A stretch of DNA of 64,000 nt from positions 55,554,001 to 55,618,000 of the forward strand of contig NC_087437.1 in NCBI RefSeq assembly GCF_036321535.1, given 5' to 3'. Of this stretch, positions 24,471-38,483 are shown piece by piece; positions within the stretch are counted from its first letter, which is position 1; each line of letters opens with the position of its first letter. This DNA comes from Camelus dromedarius. Its lineage: Eukaryota. The translations under genes and the position numbers were made by a program. Below the pieces are notes generated by a model. That model did not search any database, had not been told where the DNA came from, and was given only the letters and a program-made list of their open reading frames with translations.

Positions 24471-26399
24471 GGCACAATGATGCACTCTGGGTGTGGTTTA
24501 GGGCGCGGTTGGTTTGGTGCCCAAATCCTACCATTCGTCAGTCCTCTTCTCCAGAGTTCTCAGCCAAAGAGCATATTCACCAAAGAATCAGCAGCCAAAC
24601 AGGAAAGAAAGTGCTGATATTAATAATGTCTGGGAAAGCCCACAAAGGAAAACTCTTATGAAACAGAAATGGAGAACACAGCTGAGGCCTGAGGCTTAGG
24701 AGACGCAGACCCAGCGCCTACTCACCCAGCCTTCAGCTTGAGTAAAGACTAGAACAAAGGGCAGAGTGTGGTCAGCTTCCTGAACAGATGCCAGGAGTGG
24801 AAAAAGCGGTCATAAAATCTGAATTTAAGACATTGCTTTTCTGCCCAATGGCCCTCTTAGGTTCGGACCAGTCAGATTAGCAATCCCTGCTCCCTAAAAC
24901 AAATCCAAGGAGGTCAGACAGAGGGCTGTGATATGGAGGAAGTAGGGTTGTCCCCACTATGGGTCAAGCAAGGCAAATCAGTGAGTTCAGAAAACACAGA
25001 GCCATCCACGTGTCCCCTTCCCCTATTTTACAGAGGAGGAAACTTCAACTTAGTCAGGTTAAATATCTTGTTCACTACCACAGGGCTAAAAAGTGGTTTT
25101 CAAAGTGGGTTCTTCGGCTCCAAATCCTTAACTTTTAACAGCTGCCTAATGATACCACCTGTTAATCACTGATTCTTGCCCTCTTCAAATATATAGGACC
25201 TAAACTCTTTCAAAGTTCTCCCCCACTATTTCTAGGAACCTTCAAGGACTAGCTCTCAGCTGTGTTTATGAACTTGGCTTGCCTTCCTCACATCGTCCCT
25301 GTCTCTGCTTTTATTTTCTTCCTCTAGCATCATTGCAGGTGTTACTCTTGGTGAAGCTGCTACCTTATTCTTTTTCATGGTCTCTGGAGACCTACGGGGT
25401 TTCCCTCTACTGGCACCTATACACTGCAAGTTTCAAGGGGCCCAAGAGGTCAGGAGTCCTCTTGTACTAAGTTCATTTTGGTTTCTCTGTAAAGGTAGAG
25501 ACAATTTCCTCCTTACTATGTCTTTGACATGGACTCTGAGGAAGTGCCGCCATGTTTCCAAGAGTTTTGGAGCAATCTGTCCCTTGAGTTTCTGAATACT
25601 GAGTCAGACAGTGCTTATGAGACAGGTCAGGATGAACAAGACCACGGCAGTGTGCCACTCAGCCACCCCTTTCCCTTTTTGTGTCTGATATTTTGAATGA
25701 ATGACCTTGTAGTTTATTTCAGGTGCCCACCCCTAAGATTTCAAGATTTTATAGGACATGTCTTAATCCCAAGAAGAGACCCCATTTAACTCAACTGGGA
25801 AGGCTTATTAAGAATTAGAACTAATTCCACTAATCTTTAGAGGGAGCTGCATGCCTCTCATTATTAATGTGCAAGAAAGAGGAAACTAAATGTAAAAGGA
25901 CCATGTTGTTACTGGCCCCTCAAGTGCTACCAACTCTTCTACACATCGTGCCTTGGGAGCATGCCTAGGCGGCCGTGGGCAACAGCAGTCCTCTCGGATA
26001 GTTGCTGAGGACAGGAAGTCTGCCCTGCCACAGTCTCCCCTACTGCTCATTCACTCTCTTCTCTATCCCCTCGCTCTGTCCTCTGTCCTTATAATGCCAG
26101 CTTGCTCAGGGTGACTCTCTGGATGGAGATACCATTCCCCCAAACACACAATCAATTCTCACCTATGTGGTCACCCACCCTTCTGAATTAGAGACTTCCT
26201 CTATGATTGTTAGCTTCGTGGGATGGACTCAACCCCTCACAGCCCTAAAACAAGGGACGGGTTATTATCTACTCCTGGTGTTTGAATGTTCACATTTTTG
26301 ACTGTTTGCTGCTCTTAAACAAAAATAGAAAACAAAATTTAACAACCTGGATTTTTGGCATATCAAACCAGCATGACTTAGAAAAGAAAAGTGTTATTT

Positions 26400-27060
26400 A
26401 ATAAGTTTGTTCAATCCTCTTTTGTTAAGCACCTTCTCTATGGAAGCTCTCGCCATGTAATGGCAGTAGTGAGCTGGATAAGACCCAGGACTTCAAAGAG
26501 TACTTACGGAGAAATAGACATGTATTGAATTCTGTTCAGAATCATTCATATGGATACTTAATATGTATCAATAACATAAATGGGTAATTTGAAGGCAGTA
26601 TGATGTAAGGGCTATTCAAAGATAAAAGAAGTGGCTATTCCAGCTGAGGCGATCATGAAGGATCCGAGAAATTTGCATTACATTTTGATACATGACGAGT
26701 GGAGAATAGTGTTATTTTTAAAAGCAGTATTCTTCTTGCAAGGACTCCAGTCTTTACTTGTGGAGAACTGAATGTGGTGTTCAGTTTTTTTAATCTTTTA
26801 GATTTAAAAAAAAAAGTGTTATAAGCATAGATACACACTAAGGGGATAGAAACAGAGAGCTCAGTTATTGATGCCAAAATTTTCAAACTCAATCTCATAA
26901 GCAGTGTAAGAATGTTCGAAGTGTTCCAATGAGGGGAACCCTGTGATTAGAAAGTGATTTTTAACAGAGTCTATTGGCAGTGTGGAGAATAAAATGGGAG
27001 ACGGACAAGGAAAGAGTCAAGGAGAGCAGTTGGAATCCTCTCTGAACAGCCTAGAGCTCA
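26400..27060 (-). mobile_element. L2 fragment, diverged
   Basis: Antisense L2-like stretches such as 'ggcagtgtggagaataaaatggg...ggagagcagttgga'. Confidence 0.45.
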
Positions 27061-28914
27061 TATGGACATGAGCAGAAAGAAAAAAAAAATGTTTGTGGGG
27101 TAAGCCTTTGTAACAAATAACATCTACTTCTTGTTTTCTTCTTATAAAATCAATTTTATCTTATTGCAAAAAGTTGGAAAAATACTGAAGAAAATAAAGT
27201 TAATCCACAACTTCTCAATCAGGAACATGGTAGTTTATACTTTTGTCTACTTACTTCTAATCTTTTTGTCTGTGTAATTAAATTTTCCAGGGTTAAGATC
27301 ATAACATACATTTAATAGTGTTTTTTAACTTAATATTATAAGCATTTTCCATACATGTTTATTATTGTCTTAATCATCTTTTAGAAAAAATGATAGAAAA
27401 TTGAATAGAAAAATAATCTTAAGTGATTATAACTGTTAATCATGTTTAAACATTTTGAAAAATATAAAGGCACAAGGAAGAAAATAAAATTCAACTATAA
27501 AACCACCATTTAGATATAAGCAACCATGAGTGTCATTGAAGTACATTTTAAGCATAAAAATACATTAAAAATTGGGATAATACCGTGTAAAATGGTTTCA
27601 AACTTTTTTTTGCTTGGGATAAAAAGCATTTAGAACTGTTCCAAGTGTTGTATAATATTACATCATGGAGATATATCATGATTTATTTATTCATACCTGA
27701 CAATAACTATAATAATTTATTCATTGATTCAGAGCCAAAATAACACTCAGAGGCACACTATTTCTTAATGCTTTCATTACAAATCAAGAAAGTAAGCAAG
27801 TACAAAAGATAATAAGTTACAAAGACACCAAGAAAATGAATGTGAAAAAAATAGTAGGAAGGATTAAATAGAAGCAAAAGCAAATACCACTGGATGGGGA
27901 AACAAAAAAACAATAGACGATAAATTAACAGAGCTGGAGCACTGCTCTTTGAGACTAACAACTTTTGGCCCTTCAGTGACAACTGTCTCAGGGGAAACTA
28001 CTTAGTCAGGCCTAATTCCTGGCTTTCCTTACTCCTCTCCATATGAGTGACTTAAAAAAAATAATCTATAAACATGCAATTCATTTGATGGAGATTAAAT
28101 GTGTTGAGCTTTTGGAAAATTGGGATGTTGTTATTTCAACTTAAAATATTTTAGCCTAAATTAAAACATATCTTGGGAAAGTCAGATCTCACATATATGA
28201 AGGTTATATCTCAAAATCCCAAGGATGCATTCCAGAGTTATGGGCCCTTGCACAAGTTGGACATCTGGGGAAAGATCTTAAACTTTCTTCTTCGATTATT
28301 TCTGTGAGGAGCACACTATACAGATGAGTAGTCTTGACTCACAGAGGTAGCAGCTGAAGGAGTAGCTTAATCAAGGCATTGTAACGTGAGTTCAATGTCA
28401 AACTCCTGCTTTCATTTTGTTTCTCCATCACTTACTGCCCCATAGTCTTGGGTGAGCTGATCTCTCCGCAACTGTTTCTTCAACTGTAACTTGAAGCACT
28501 GAGGATGCTCTGCTTTCAAAAGACTGAGAGAAAGGACGGGAAAGTACCATTTTGAAAAACATTTACCAGCAATGATTTTAATGATTTTACTACACACGAG
28601 ATTTACCTATTCTTCATAGCCTTTTTTTAAAAAAAAATCTTTACAAGGCTAGCTTGCTGAATTTATAAAATTAGATTTGGACAAGACACCAAGAACCAGC
28701 ACAGCAGAAAAGCACATTTGGAATCTTGAAGGGGGTCGATTTATACCTGTGATTTCTTGCCTCTTCATGTTTGCAGCTTCAAATTTCTCTATAACTTGAC
28801 TCAGATCTTCTTTATTGAGGTTACACTTTGAGATCAGAAAGTTTTCCATGAGGAAAAGGCAGTCATACCTAAATCTTTCTTATGTTTAACTGCAAGAAAC
28901 CCATTTACTCATTG

Positions 28915-29380
28915 TCATTCGTTCAGTAAACCTAAAAATGTGCTTGATTATCCACTTCATTAATACTCTGCAAGATAAAAAATAAACAAGCCATGGTTCC
29001 TGCTCTTGGGACTTTCAAAACTTAGAGCAAGGAACTTAATACAAAGCACAGAAAAAAATAGATATGGCTATTCAGAGAATATTTTCATCTGAGCTGAAGC
29101 TGGGATGCTTCTTCGGGAAAGTGGTAATTGACCTGTACCTTGAAGAGCGTAGGATTGTCAAGAGTTTTATGGGATGCGGGAGAGTATTCCACCTTGAAGT
29201 GGGGTAGAGCTTGAAAGCCTGATTCCAGTATTTTAGATGATGACGGTGTTTAGGATTTATGTGAAAATTGGTAGCATGGTCCAGCCTGCATTTTGGGAAT
29301 ATTATTTTGGCCCCTAAGTGAGAGATAAGGGGCAGGAAGGTGATGGGGCATAAATCCCTCCCTGCTAGGGCAGAGACGGG
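28915..29380 (-). mobile_element. L2 fragment
   Basis: 'catggttcctgctcttggg...ctgcattttgggaatattattttggc'. Confidence 0.55.
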
Positions 29381-30189
29381 AGGGCCTGGAGAGGAGCGAC
29401 GTTGTGAAGGGGTCACTGAGAGGCTTGTGAGTCCCTGTGTTTTACAAACACTACCAGCAGAAAGCTTTCTCTTTCATTAATGCCTTCTCAGAGATGTAAA
29501 ACTCAGTTTGCTGGCATTGATTCGCCTTTATTTACCTTCCTTAAAACGCTAGCCGTGCTGCACGGATGGTATCTTCTTGGCATGTTAGATCGCTGGGCCA
29601 TTTTCTTCCGTCAGTGGGTAAATAGGCACGTCTGACTAAATTTGGAAAGTCTTGTTGCCTGAAATGCAGTAATGCGTTCCACAAAAGCCTGAGAGGGGGC
29701 CATGTGCTCGTATCTTTGTCATTGTCGTTGCTGTTGTGATAAACTCACAGTGTGGCACTCGCTCTGGAATTCACCCAGCCCTCTGCCTAGCTGTGAGCTC
29801 ATGCGAGAACACATCAGCACCTAGCCCCACAGAAAGATTGGAAGTTTATTTTGCTCCAAGATTGGAAGCCAACTAATGTTTGAGCAATTCAGACAAAATG
29901 GCTATTTTTAACCACAGTACCAGTAGAAGCATTTTTTTTTCTTTCTGTAAGTCATTTACAGGGAAACGGTGGCAGCTTATTTTAGGAGTAATCAGTTTTA
30001 TCACAAGTAGTATAACATTCCTGAGTACAAATTCATTATTTCCCAAGTTTGAGCCTTGCTCTTTGCTAAATTTTCTTTGTGTGCCAACCCCTAGCTAGTT
30101 CTGTGTAGTGTTCAGTGATTGACTTTGCCATATTTCTATCTGCTCTGAATTAAGAAATGAGCATGATAAAAATAAAATAGGCATATGTA

Positions 30190-31160
30190 ATTCATTTATG
30201 TATGTATTTACCTATTCCAGAAGACCTTTAATGATTGCCTACTGAGTTTCAGGCATCATAATAAATGCCAGGGTGGACTTAACATGGATGGCCCTTGCCC
30301 TCCAGAGCTAACATTTTCCTAGGCGTCTAAGGCAGGCCCACCGATGTCTCCACTATAACTCCTAATGTTATGTGGGTCTATGGGCAAAATTTATCATGAG
30401 TGGTATAACGTTCCAGAAACTGGAGCACAGAGGAGAGAATATTTATTCCATTAGAGACATGAAAAAAAATATTCACAGAGAATGTGCCATTTTAGATGGG
30501 CCTAAGAAATGGGCTGATTTGAACAAGTAGAAATGGAAAGAAGATTCCAGAATGAAGAAAGAGTATGAAGAAATCAAAGTGCAAGGTTTCTTTAGGAAGG
30601 CAGCATGGGCAAGCAGGAAGAACAGGGAGATACAGACTTGTGTCTGAGCCCTGCTCACTCCTCTGGTAACTGAGGATCCTTAAGCAAGTTACCCAACCTC
30701 TCTTGAAAACTGAGCTAATATTCAGTAAATGTAGTCTGATGTTACTCCAGAGGGACATGTTTCCTTGAGTAGAGTACAGGGCGTCTGGATGAGACTGGAG
30801 ATGGGGCTGAGGCTGGAAACACTGGTTGGGACGAAATCATGTGAAAGTAAAGCTGAGTAGTTTAGATCTCATTCTGAAGGCAATCAGCAGCCATCTCCTT
30901 TTGAAGCAGGTCTTGGCCAAGGTCAGATTTTTGTTCTACAGAGATCAAGCTGAGGCAGGGAGGAGAATTGATTGAGAGAGACAGAAGCCAGGCTTAGTCT
31001 GGAAGGCTATTGAAGTGATCCGGGTCAGAGAGGCTGAGATTTAAACTCTGCACTGGCCAAGGGCTATAAGGAAGGAAAGGATCCACAAAAAACTGTAATG
31101 CACATGCAGAGACCGAATTGACAAGGTTTAGAGACTACTGAACGTGGAAGTGAAAAATCC
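30190..31160 (-). mobile_element. L2 fragment with an internal MIR (~30630-30730)
   Basis: 'tgattgcctactgagtttcaggc...cccttgccctccagagctaaca...gaaggcaatcagcagccat...ggaaggctattgaagtgatccggg'. Confidence 0.65.
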
Positions 31161-31864
31161 CAAATTATCTCTCAGTGAAACTCTAGGAAACACGGGCAAC
31201 TTTTAATTTTCTACAGTAGCACCAATATATCTACTTACTTGTCCAGCTGCTTGGAATTGGAAGAAGCTAAAGCCACACTGAGAGGAACGTGGTTATTTTC
31301 CACTGCTAAATCATTCCTAAGCACGTGGGAGGGTAGACGGAATTCAACTGCACCATCTCCTAAACCTTTTGGTGTTTATTGACCCATCCTTGGCTTCTTG
31401 GAAGATGAAGTTGAATAATCTAGTAAATTCCCCTCTCATTTTACAGCTCAAGAAACTGAACTCAGAAATAAGAACTGACCTATCTGAGTATCAGAGCATC
31501 CAAAGCACCAGAGCCAAAACTCAAACTCAGGTTTTTCATTCTTGGCCCTTCAGACTTTTCTTTTTACTTCCTTGATATGGTAAACTGCTGAGAATGCAGG
31601 CAGACATCTCTAACAGTTCAGGAGTGAGAATTAATTTATTCCACCTCCAACTACCCAGAGAAGTAAGTTGTTTAGCTTTCTTTTTGAGGCTGAAATGCCT
31701 GTTGAAGGTCAATCAAATGGAGCTAAAACATCCTGTAGTTTATATGTAAATTAATAGTAAAAGTTAGTTTATTTATGAAATAATGCAAACCTACAGGGGC
31801 ACATTGCTGAGTCAAGTCAGGCAAAATGGCTTTTAGAATTTTTAGTTTTGATTACAAATTCATG

Positions 31865-31869
<5 letters not shown>

Positions 31870-31895
<26 letters not shown>
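31870..31895. repeat. Poly(T)26
   Basis: Directly visible. Confidence 0.95.
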
Positions 31896-31900
<5 letters not shown>

Positions 31901-32789
31901 ATGATGAACTACAGGTTCCAGTTAGAATTAGCTCAAGAATTATTCTCCATGAATAGAAAATATTAATTCCCCCAAATTTGAGGTATATTGGCAACACAAC
32001 TATTATTAAAACACATTTGAAGTTAAAATTCTCTGTCCTTTACAGTAACTCATCATTTATCCTTTCTGCTTGGGAACAAAATACCGTATAGAACATAATT
32101 CTAAATTATTGAGACTTATCTTTTTAAGGGCCATCTAAACAAGCATTTTAGATATTAGCTATTTTATGTATTTCTTACACAGTATATTTGGGAACCATTC
32201 CAGAATAACTGGGTTGGAATCATTATGAATATGGAATCACCAAATTTTAGATCTGGAAGTGTCCTTAGATGTGACCTACTACTTGTGATCCCCTATGTGG
32301 TGAATGCTATGTTGTGGTCCTAAGATCTTCCAGAAGAATAGGTAGAATTAACACTAATCTACCAGGGGTCTCCAGTTTAAAGTTGGAGCTGTCTGTTGTA
32401 TCCTCAGCGAGATAAGAGTGTTTAATGTTGAAGAAAGTTTTGAAAGTGGACCAAATGCAAAGTGCAATAAACATTGCTGTCTGGGGCAGGGAAGAAAGCT
32501 ATGGACTTGGGGAAGAAGAGAGCTGGGTTCTAATTCCCCTTCTGTCACTGCCCTGGGTTAAGTCTCTCTGTCTGGTGGTGGTGGTGGTGTTTTTTCTTTG
32601 TTGATTTGTAACCAGGTGATCACTATGAGTGTCCCTTTCAAGTCTGACTTATAATTGTGCCATTCTTCCACTGAGGGTGGGTTACTTTAAGCAGAGTTCA
32701 GGATAGGCTGAGTGATGAGTAGCCAATTTCACTCAGAAAATCAAACATTCAAATCCACCCTTATTTAAACCTGCTTTTTATTTTAAAAA

Positions 32790-33020
32790 GTTACATTTAG
32801 TGAGCACTTTCTAAGTGCCATAGTATGTGCAAAGCACATTAAATGTGTTCACTCATTAAATCTTTCAATTCTATGAAGTAGGTACTATTTGGTCTTAGCG
32901 ACTTCTTAACATCACAGGATATTTTTGTCGTGTATCTAATAGGAAATTTAAGCAGGCTTGCTAGTGTTACTGTAAGCAGGATGTGAATCCAAGACAGCCA
33001 TCTGAAAGCATTACCAGAGC
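32790..33020 (-). mobile_element. MIR SINE
   Basis: 'acatttagtgagcactttctaagtgcca...ctatgaagtaggtactatt...ggatgtgaatccaagacag'. Confidence 0.65.
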
Positions 33021-33689
33021 ATCTTTCTTGACTAGAGAGAGCTCATTGGCCACATGGGTCCCTGCTCTGACCAATGATACACCCTCCTGCCCAGAGTTAC
33101 CAGTATCACTAGGTTGGAAACAAGTCTTAGGAAGTTTACATCATCCCTATATTTTTGAAGTTACTAAATGTGAAAAATATCATGACCTCAGTGTTCCCTT
33201 GCTGAGCCAGATTCATAGCATTACCACCAGCTGCTCTTCCAAAGGTTTCCATTTAATGCAGGTTTAAAAATAAGGGCTCTGAACTCTCTCTTGCTTTCTT
33301 TAGAGAAAAGGTGTAAGTCTGGTTGGAGTGTTTAAGAAATTCCAGGGTGATGCAGTGGAAAGAACTTGTCTCAGCTCTGCCACATGACCTTGGGCAAGTC
33401 AACCGCGCAGGCTTTCAATTTCTCCATCTCTAAAACAATGGTTGAAGAAGGCAATTCAGTTGGAAGAGAAACGACCTGGATTCGATTATGTGTCAGTTTA
33501 TTGATCTTTAACATCCACACAAAATCTTTAAAACTTAAAATGTATACCACATGGTAAAACGTACACTAGCTAATAAAATGAGCAAAGCAAGTGATTTAAA
33601 ACCTTTAACTCCCCTTTGCATCTCCCTCCCTTCCCTTCTTCCTTTTATTCCTTCCTTCCTTCTTCTTTTTTTTTTTTTCCTTCCTTTTT

Positions 33690-34320
33690 TCCACCCAGGC
33701 ACTACTCTAGGTGCTAGGGATACAATTGTGTAAGAAAGAGACAAGGCTACTCCCGTCATGGAACAGACATTCTGGTGGGGGTAAAAAAGACAATAACAAG
33801 TAACCCAAAATAAGCAATATAAAGTTGTAATGGGGCCATGAGGCATATACAATGGGAAGATGGATTTAAAAGTGCTGGTTATAAGTAGGGACTTCTGTAT
33901 TTATAGAGGGTGTTTGGGATGAGTTTCTCTGAAAAGGGAACATTTTACTGGTGATCTGGATGGTGAAATGGAGCTAACATTTTTTTCTGAGAGGAGAACA
34001 TCACTGACAGAAGACATGGCAGGTGCAAAGGGGCTGGGGAAGGCATGAGCATGGCCAGTTCAGAGAACAGAAAGAAAGTCTAAGGTTAGGGGTGTGGTGA
34101 ACATGGAGGAGAGTGAAGGAATGAACTTGGAGAGGTGGACATAAGACAGGCCACGTAGAGCCTGTTAAGGAGTTTGGTTCTTATTCTAAGCATACTTGAA
34201 AAATCACTGTTTTAATTTGCAGTAGGATGTATTTCCATTTTTTGAGTTACTGCTCTAACTGCAATGGATTTTAAGTGGCAAGAGTAGAAGCAGAAGAACA
34301 AGTAACAGGAAATCCAGGAT
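33690..34320 (-). mobile_element. L2 fragment
   Basis: 'ccaggcactactctaggtgctagggataca...ggtgcaaaggggctgggg...gttaaggagtttggttcttattctaag'. Confidence 0.8.
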
Positions 34321-34389
34321 CCAGGGAATGGGAGGAACCAGAAGACTTGTTGGAAGAAGTAAAACTTGCATGGGAATCTGGCTTGAATG

Positions 34390-34550
34390 CACCCAGTCAC
34401 AGGCAACCCATTACCTTTTAAGGCAGCCTACTCCATTTTGACACAACTATCTCTCAGAAAGTCCACGCTGGAGTCAATCGCAGTAGACAATAAGTGCGCA
34501 ACAGGTGTTATTTCATGCATCCGTCCTAGATTCATCCTTTGTGGTCGCAC
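34390..34550 (-). mobile_element. CR1/L3 LINE fragment
   Basis: 'cattacctttta aggcagcctactccattttgacacaact...agaaagt' resembles a CR1/L3 RT-region motif. Confidence 0.5.
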
Positions 34551-35463
34551 ATGATGACTCAAAGACCCTAATTAAAACCCACTGAGTGTACAAAGACTGA
34601 CCAAACGTTTCAGTTTCCTTTAATCAGTCTAATTGTGCACAACTTTATGCTGGCTTAGTCACAAAACAGCCATTACCCCTCCCCCACATCCTAATTACCG
34701 TAAGTGTGCAATTCCTGTTAACACACAGGCTAGGATTATGCTGTGATTAAACTCCTAGGCTGCTTTGCCTATCCATATGCAGTGAGAAGGATCTGGATGT
34801 GTGGCTTTAGGCTGCTAGTTGCTAGAGAAAGAATGTCCCTCAAGCTAAATCAAGTGGACTGGCCTTAACTGGCATTAGTCACAGAGTGACCAGAAGCCCC
34901 ATGTACTAGATGAAAAGGGGCATGTTTCCAGCCATACGGGGTTGGATGGGGCTCTGGAAAGCAAGGACTCTATAGCTGCAACACAGCTGTGTTGGGAGAC
35001 TGGGTGTGCGGTGGCTCAGGGCTACAATTTTTCAAAGCCCATTAACTAATAGAATCGTCAGATATCCATACAATGTAAGGTAGATTTTCTTCTGCTTCTT
35101 GTCCTTTGTTCTCTTCCAATTGGTCTTTAGTACTAGTAAAGTAATTTTGAACAATTCTTTCTTATCTCAGCTATTTACCAGGGAGCCAGGAGACGGGATA
35201 TGGAATGACATTTGGCCTGGAATATTAACAAGAACATATCTCATCTCTGAGATGTGGCATTTTGAGGGAAGGAGTCAGCAGGCATCCCCAAGGGCATGTG
35301 GCTGGACTAATGGTGAGCATATCAGGTGATCCTTATCTCTGTTCCTTTCCAGGTAAAGATTCTGCTTTGATTCTTACACCTTGTATGTTGCTTTCAATAA
35401 GTGAAGACATTTCCCTTGCATTCCCACCATCCTGGTCCGTCTTCTACACAGACACTTCAATTT

Positions 35464-35651
35464 CATTGTTTTTCAAAAGTGTGATCCCCAGGCCAGGAGA
35501 TCAGCAACGTCTGGGCATTGTTAGAAAATGCAAATTCTTAGACCCTAGCCAGGCTTTCAGAACGTGGCACTCCTGGGGTAGGGCCTAGCAATTTCTGTTT
35601 AACAAGCCACTCCAGATGATTCTGAAATACACAAAAGTTCAAAAATCTCTG
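35464..35651 (+). mobile_element. MER5A (hAT-Charlie MITE)
   Basis: 'ttgttagaaaatgcaaattct...tttaacaagccactccagatgattctga'. Confidence 0.85.
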
Positions 35652-35919
35652 CTAAAATTGATCCTAAAATGAGGACAGAAGTAGAGTCCCACCCTTCACC
35701 TGGGGGAGGTAGTAAAGCAGGAAGTCCGGTGGCCTCCTGTGGGCTGGGCGTAGATCTAGGATTGGAATCCAGTTCTCTGGGGCCCCAGTCACGACTTTCC
35801 ATTATGTCTTGCTCGAAACCTCAGTCCCTGCGAAGAATCGCAATACTAAAAGTAACTTGTAACAGTATCTTTTCTGAGTTTTGTAGGATTACAAAACTGG
35901 AAAAAAAAAAAAACAGTTA

Positions 35920-36400
35920 TTTCACACCTAGAATTAGAACTTTAGAAACTAAGCAGAGATGTGCCCACAAGTCTACGTACACAGATATTTACTAAAATAT
36001 CATTTATGACAAAAATTTAAAAAGTAAACTGGAACAACCTAAATGATCAAGAGTGGGGAAACGGGATAAATAATTTTATGGTACAGCCAAACATTCTCAC
36101 GTGATAGATGCCAAGATCATGCTTTCAAATGCTACATCCTGATATGGAAAAATACATGCTAAAAAATTACAATGGCACAATATAAAACTGTGTATATTTG
36201 TAATAATTCAGATGTTTTAAACAAATGATTAGTGAGTGTATGAATAGAATTTATATGTATAGGAAAAAAGAGAAGGAAATGTACCCACATTTTTAAAAAG
36301 TTTTAATCACAGATTAATAGTTTAATGGTGACTTTTTCTTCTTGCTTTTCTTTCTTGTTCAATATTTCTTCAATGAAATAATTTTTTTCAACTCTATTAT
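35920..36400 (+). mobile_element. Old L1M 3' fragment
   Basis: 'aactggaacaacctaaatg...ggataaataattttatggtaca'. Confidence 0.6.
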
Positions 36401-37077
36401 TAATTTAAAAAAAAAGCTCATGAGTGTATATCCTTTCAAGTGTACCTGTGCTGGTTTCTTATTTCAATATTAACGCTCAGATGCTGGATAAGCTCAGGAA
36501 ACCCAGCCTCTCTATGTTCTCGCTTCCTCCATCCTTATTGGAGATATTAATCCACAAGTACAAAAGGGTTTGTCTGTATAAATAACTCTGTCAGTATTAA
36601 GAACCATTACTGAATATGATTATTAACTATGAAATCTCTTGTTTCCAGTTATGTATCTCAACAATACTAAATTCTAAAAGAGATGGAAGTCGGAACTTCA
36701 TTTTCACTAAATAAATCCCAAGTTGCTGTGGTTTTGCATATTCATTCTTAATTTATATATACAACGGTAACAGACAATCCTTTAGGCATTATTAGGAGCT
36801 TTTCTCTCATGATTCCTTGATCAAGTCCTTTTTTTTTTCAACATGGCTTAACTAAAGTTAAGAAAAATGTTTTGTTTTCATAACTTCCAAGAAATATACA
36901 TAAAACTGTTTTTCAATATAAATAATAGGAATCAGAATCATAGTAATAATAAACATTATTATCAGGAGAAATGCTACTGTCTGCAGCTGCACCTCATCCA
37001 TATACCTATAATCTTCATCATAGAGAAAGAGAGAAAGAGGGAACAAGAGAAAGACAACTGCGGACTCCTGGGAATAA

Positions 37078-37290
37078 ATTCATTCATGAATTTTAAAATG
37101 TTCATTGAATGACTGCTATGTGCCAGGGACCATGCTAAGCCTTACCATCATGAGGTTTACAGTCTAATAGAAGTTATAAACATTATTGGACATGAGACAC
37201 TGGACATGAAATGGAAGTCAAGAAAGAAATTGGATCAGAAGAGAGTTATATGTCAAGGGTTATGAGCATTCAGAAGAGAAACATACACTA
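37078..37290 (-). mobile_element. L2 3' end
   Basis: 'attcattcat...cattgaatgactgctatgtgccaggg...gtttacagtcta'. Confidence 0.6.
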
Positions 37291-38483
37291 CCACTGAGAT
37301 TTGAAATACTTCTGGCTTTCAGTGTTGGAGACATGACGAATGGGAGGTCTTTCCAAAAGAAGCATCAGCAAGGACTTTGGAGGGGAAATGACAAGTGGTT
37401 TTCTTTTGCTGGAGAATAGATCCTCCCTTAGAGTGCAATTTTGAGGTTCACCAATCTAGAACAGCGTATAGTAAGCCCTCAGTACGTAGGAAGTCTTTTG
37501 ATTACTACACATGGGGTAGATCTATTTTGGGGAGAAGAGGAATAGAGTTTGGCTGCCCTGAGGACTGCTTCTGCCCACCAACACATGCCCCCAAACCCCA
37601 AAACAAAGGAACAAAAAGTCCAACTAGAGAAATCTTAAAAAAAAAAATAGTATATTTTTAAAGTACGTTCTCTTGAATAGGTCGGAGAGGAATTTCCAGA
37701 GCCTGTCACACATGGAAATTTTCAGAAAATTTCCAACTCTTGCTCCCTTCCTTCTTTTTCTCCTTCCTTTTTTGTGATGGGGCTCATCCTCACCACAAGA
37801 GTGAGCAAAGTGAAGTCAGCTTCCCCGACTGGAGCAGGGATTTCTCTCCAGGAAACATCCCCATGGTACTCTGGTGAATAAAAGTATCCATCTTCTCTAG
37901 GAAAGAGCAGAACGAGAGGTAGAAGAGGAAAATGGAGAGTGAACAAAAGTGCCTCCTAAGATGTGCCAGCAGGGCCCCGGGGTTCACACTGTGTTACACA
38001 TTCAGTCCTCCATCACGTGCCAGGTGGAAGGGAGACCCAAACTCACTGCCATCTTCCTCCAGAACACTTTTTTTTTTTTCTCATGACATCAATTTGCCTA
38101 GTAAATCAGGAGAGGGTGGCATTAAAAAAGGCATAAAATGAGGAGTGAGATTTAGGGGGCAGAGAACTTGATAGGAAAATGCTGCAAAGGGAGAAAAAAT
38201 GTTGAAGACTGTATTTTTTTTTTATAAGTCATGGATTATATGGATTGGTGATAATCTCTGACTTTTCAAAGAACAATGGGAGGGGAAATCAGGAAGGGTA
38301 AAACTGGAGGCCAGCAAAGGGGCCGAAGACCACAGTCGTCGTGGCTTTTCCAGAAGTTATGATGCTAAGGAGAAGCTGGTTTGGCAGGACAGCGGCTCTG
38401 AAGGAAGGTTTGTCACCACTGTTGTCAGATGGGAAGGACAGGTCTCCTTTGGGAGCCCAGGGAAGAATCCAGGCCCTCTGAAT

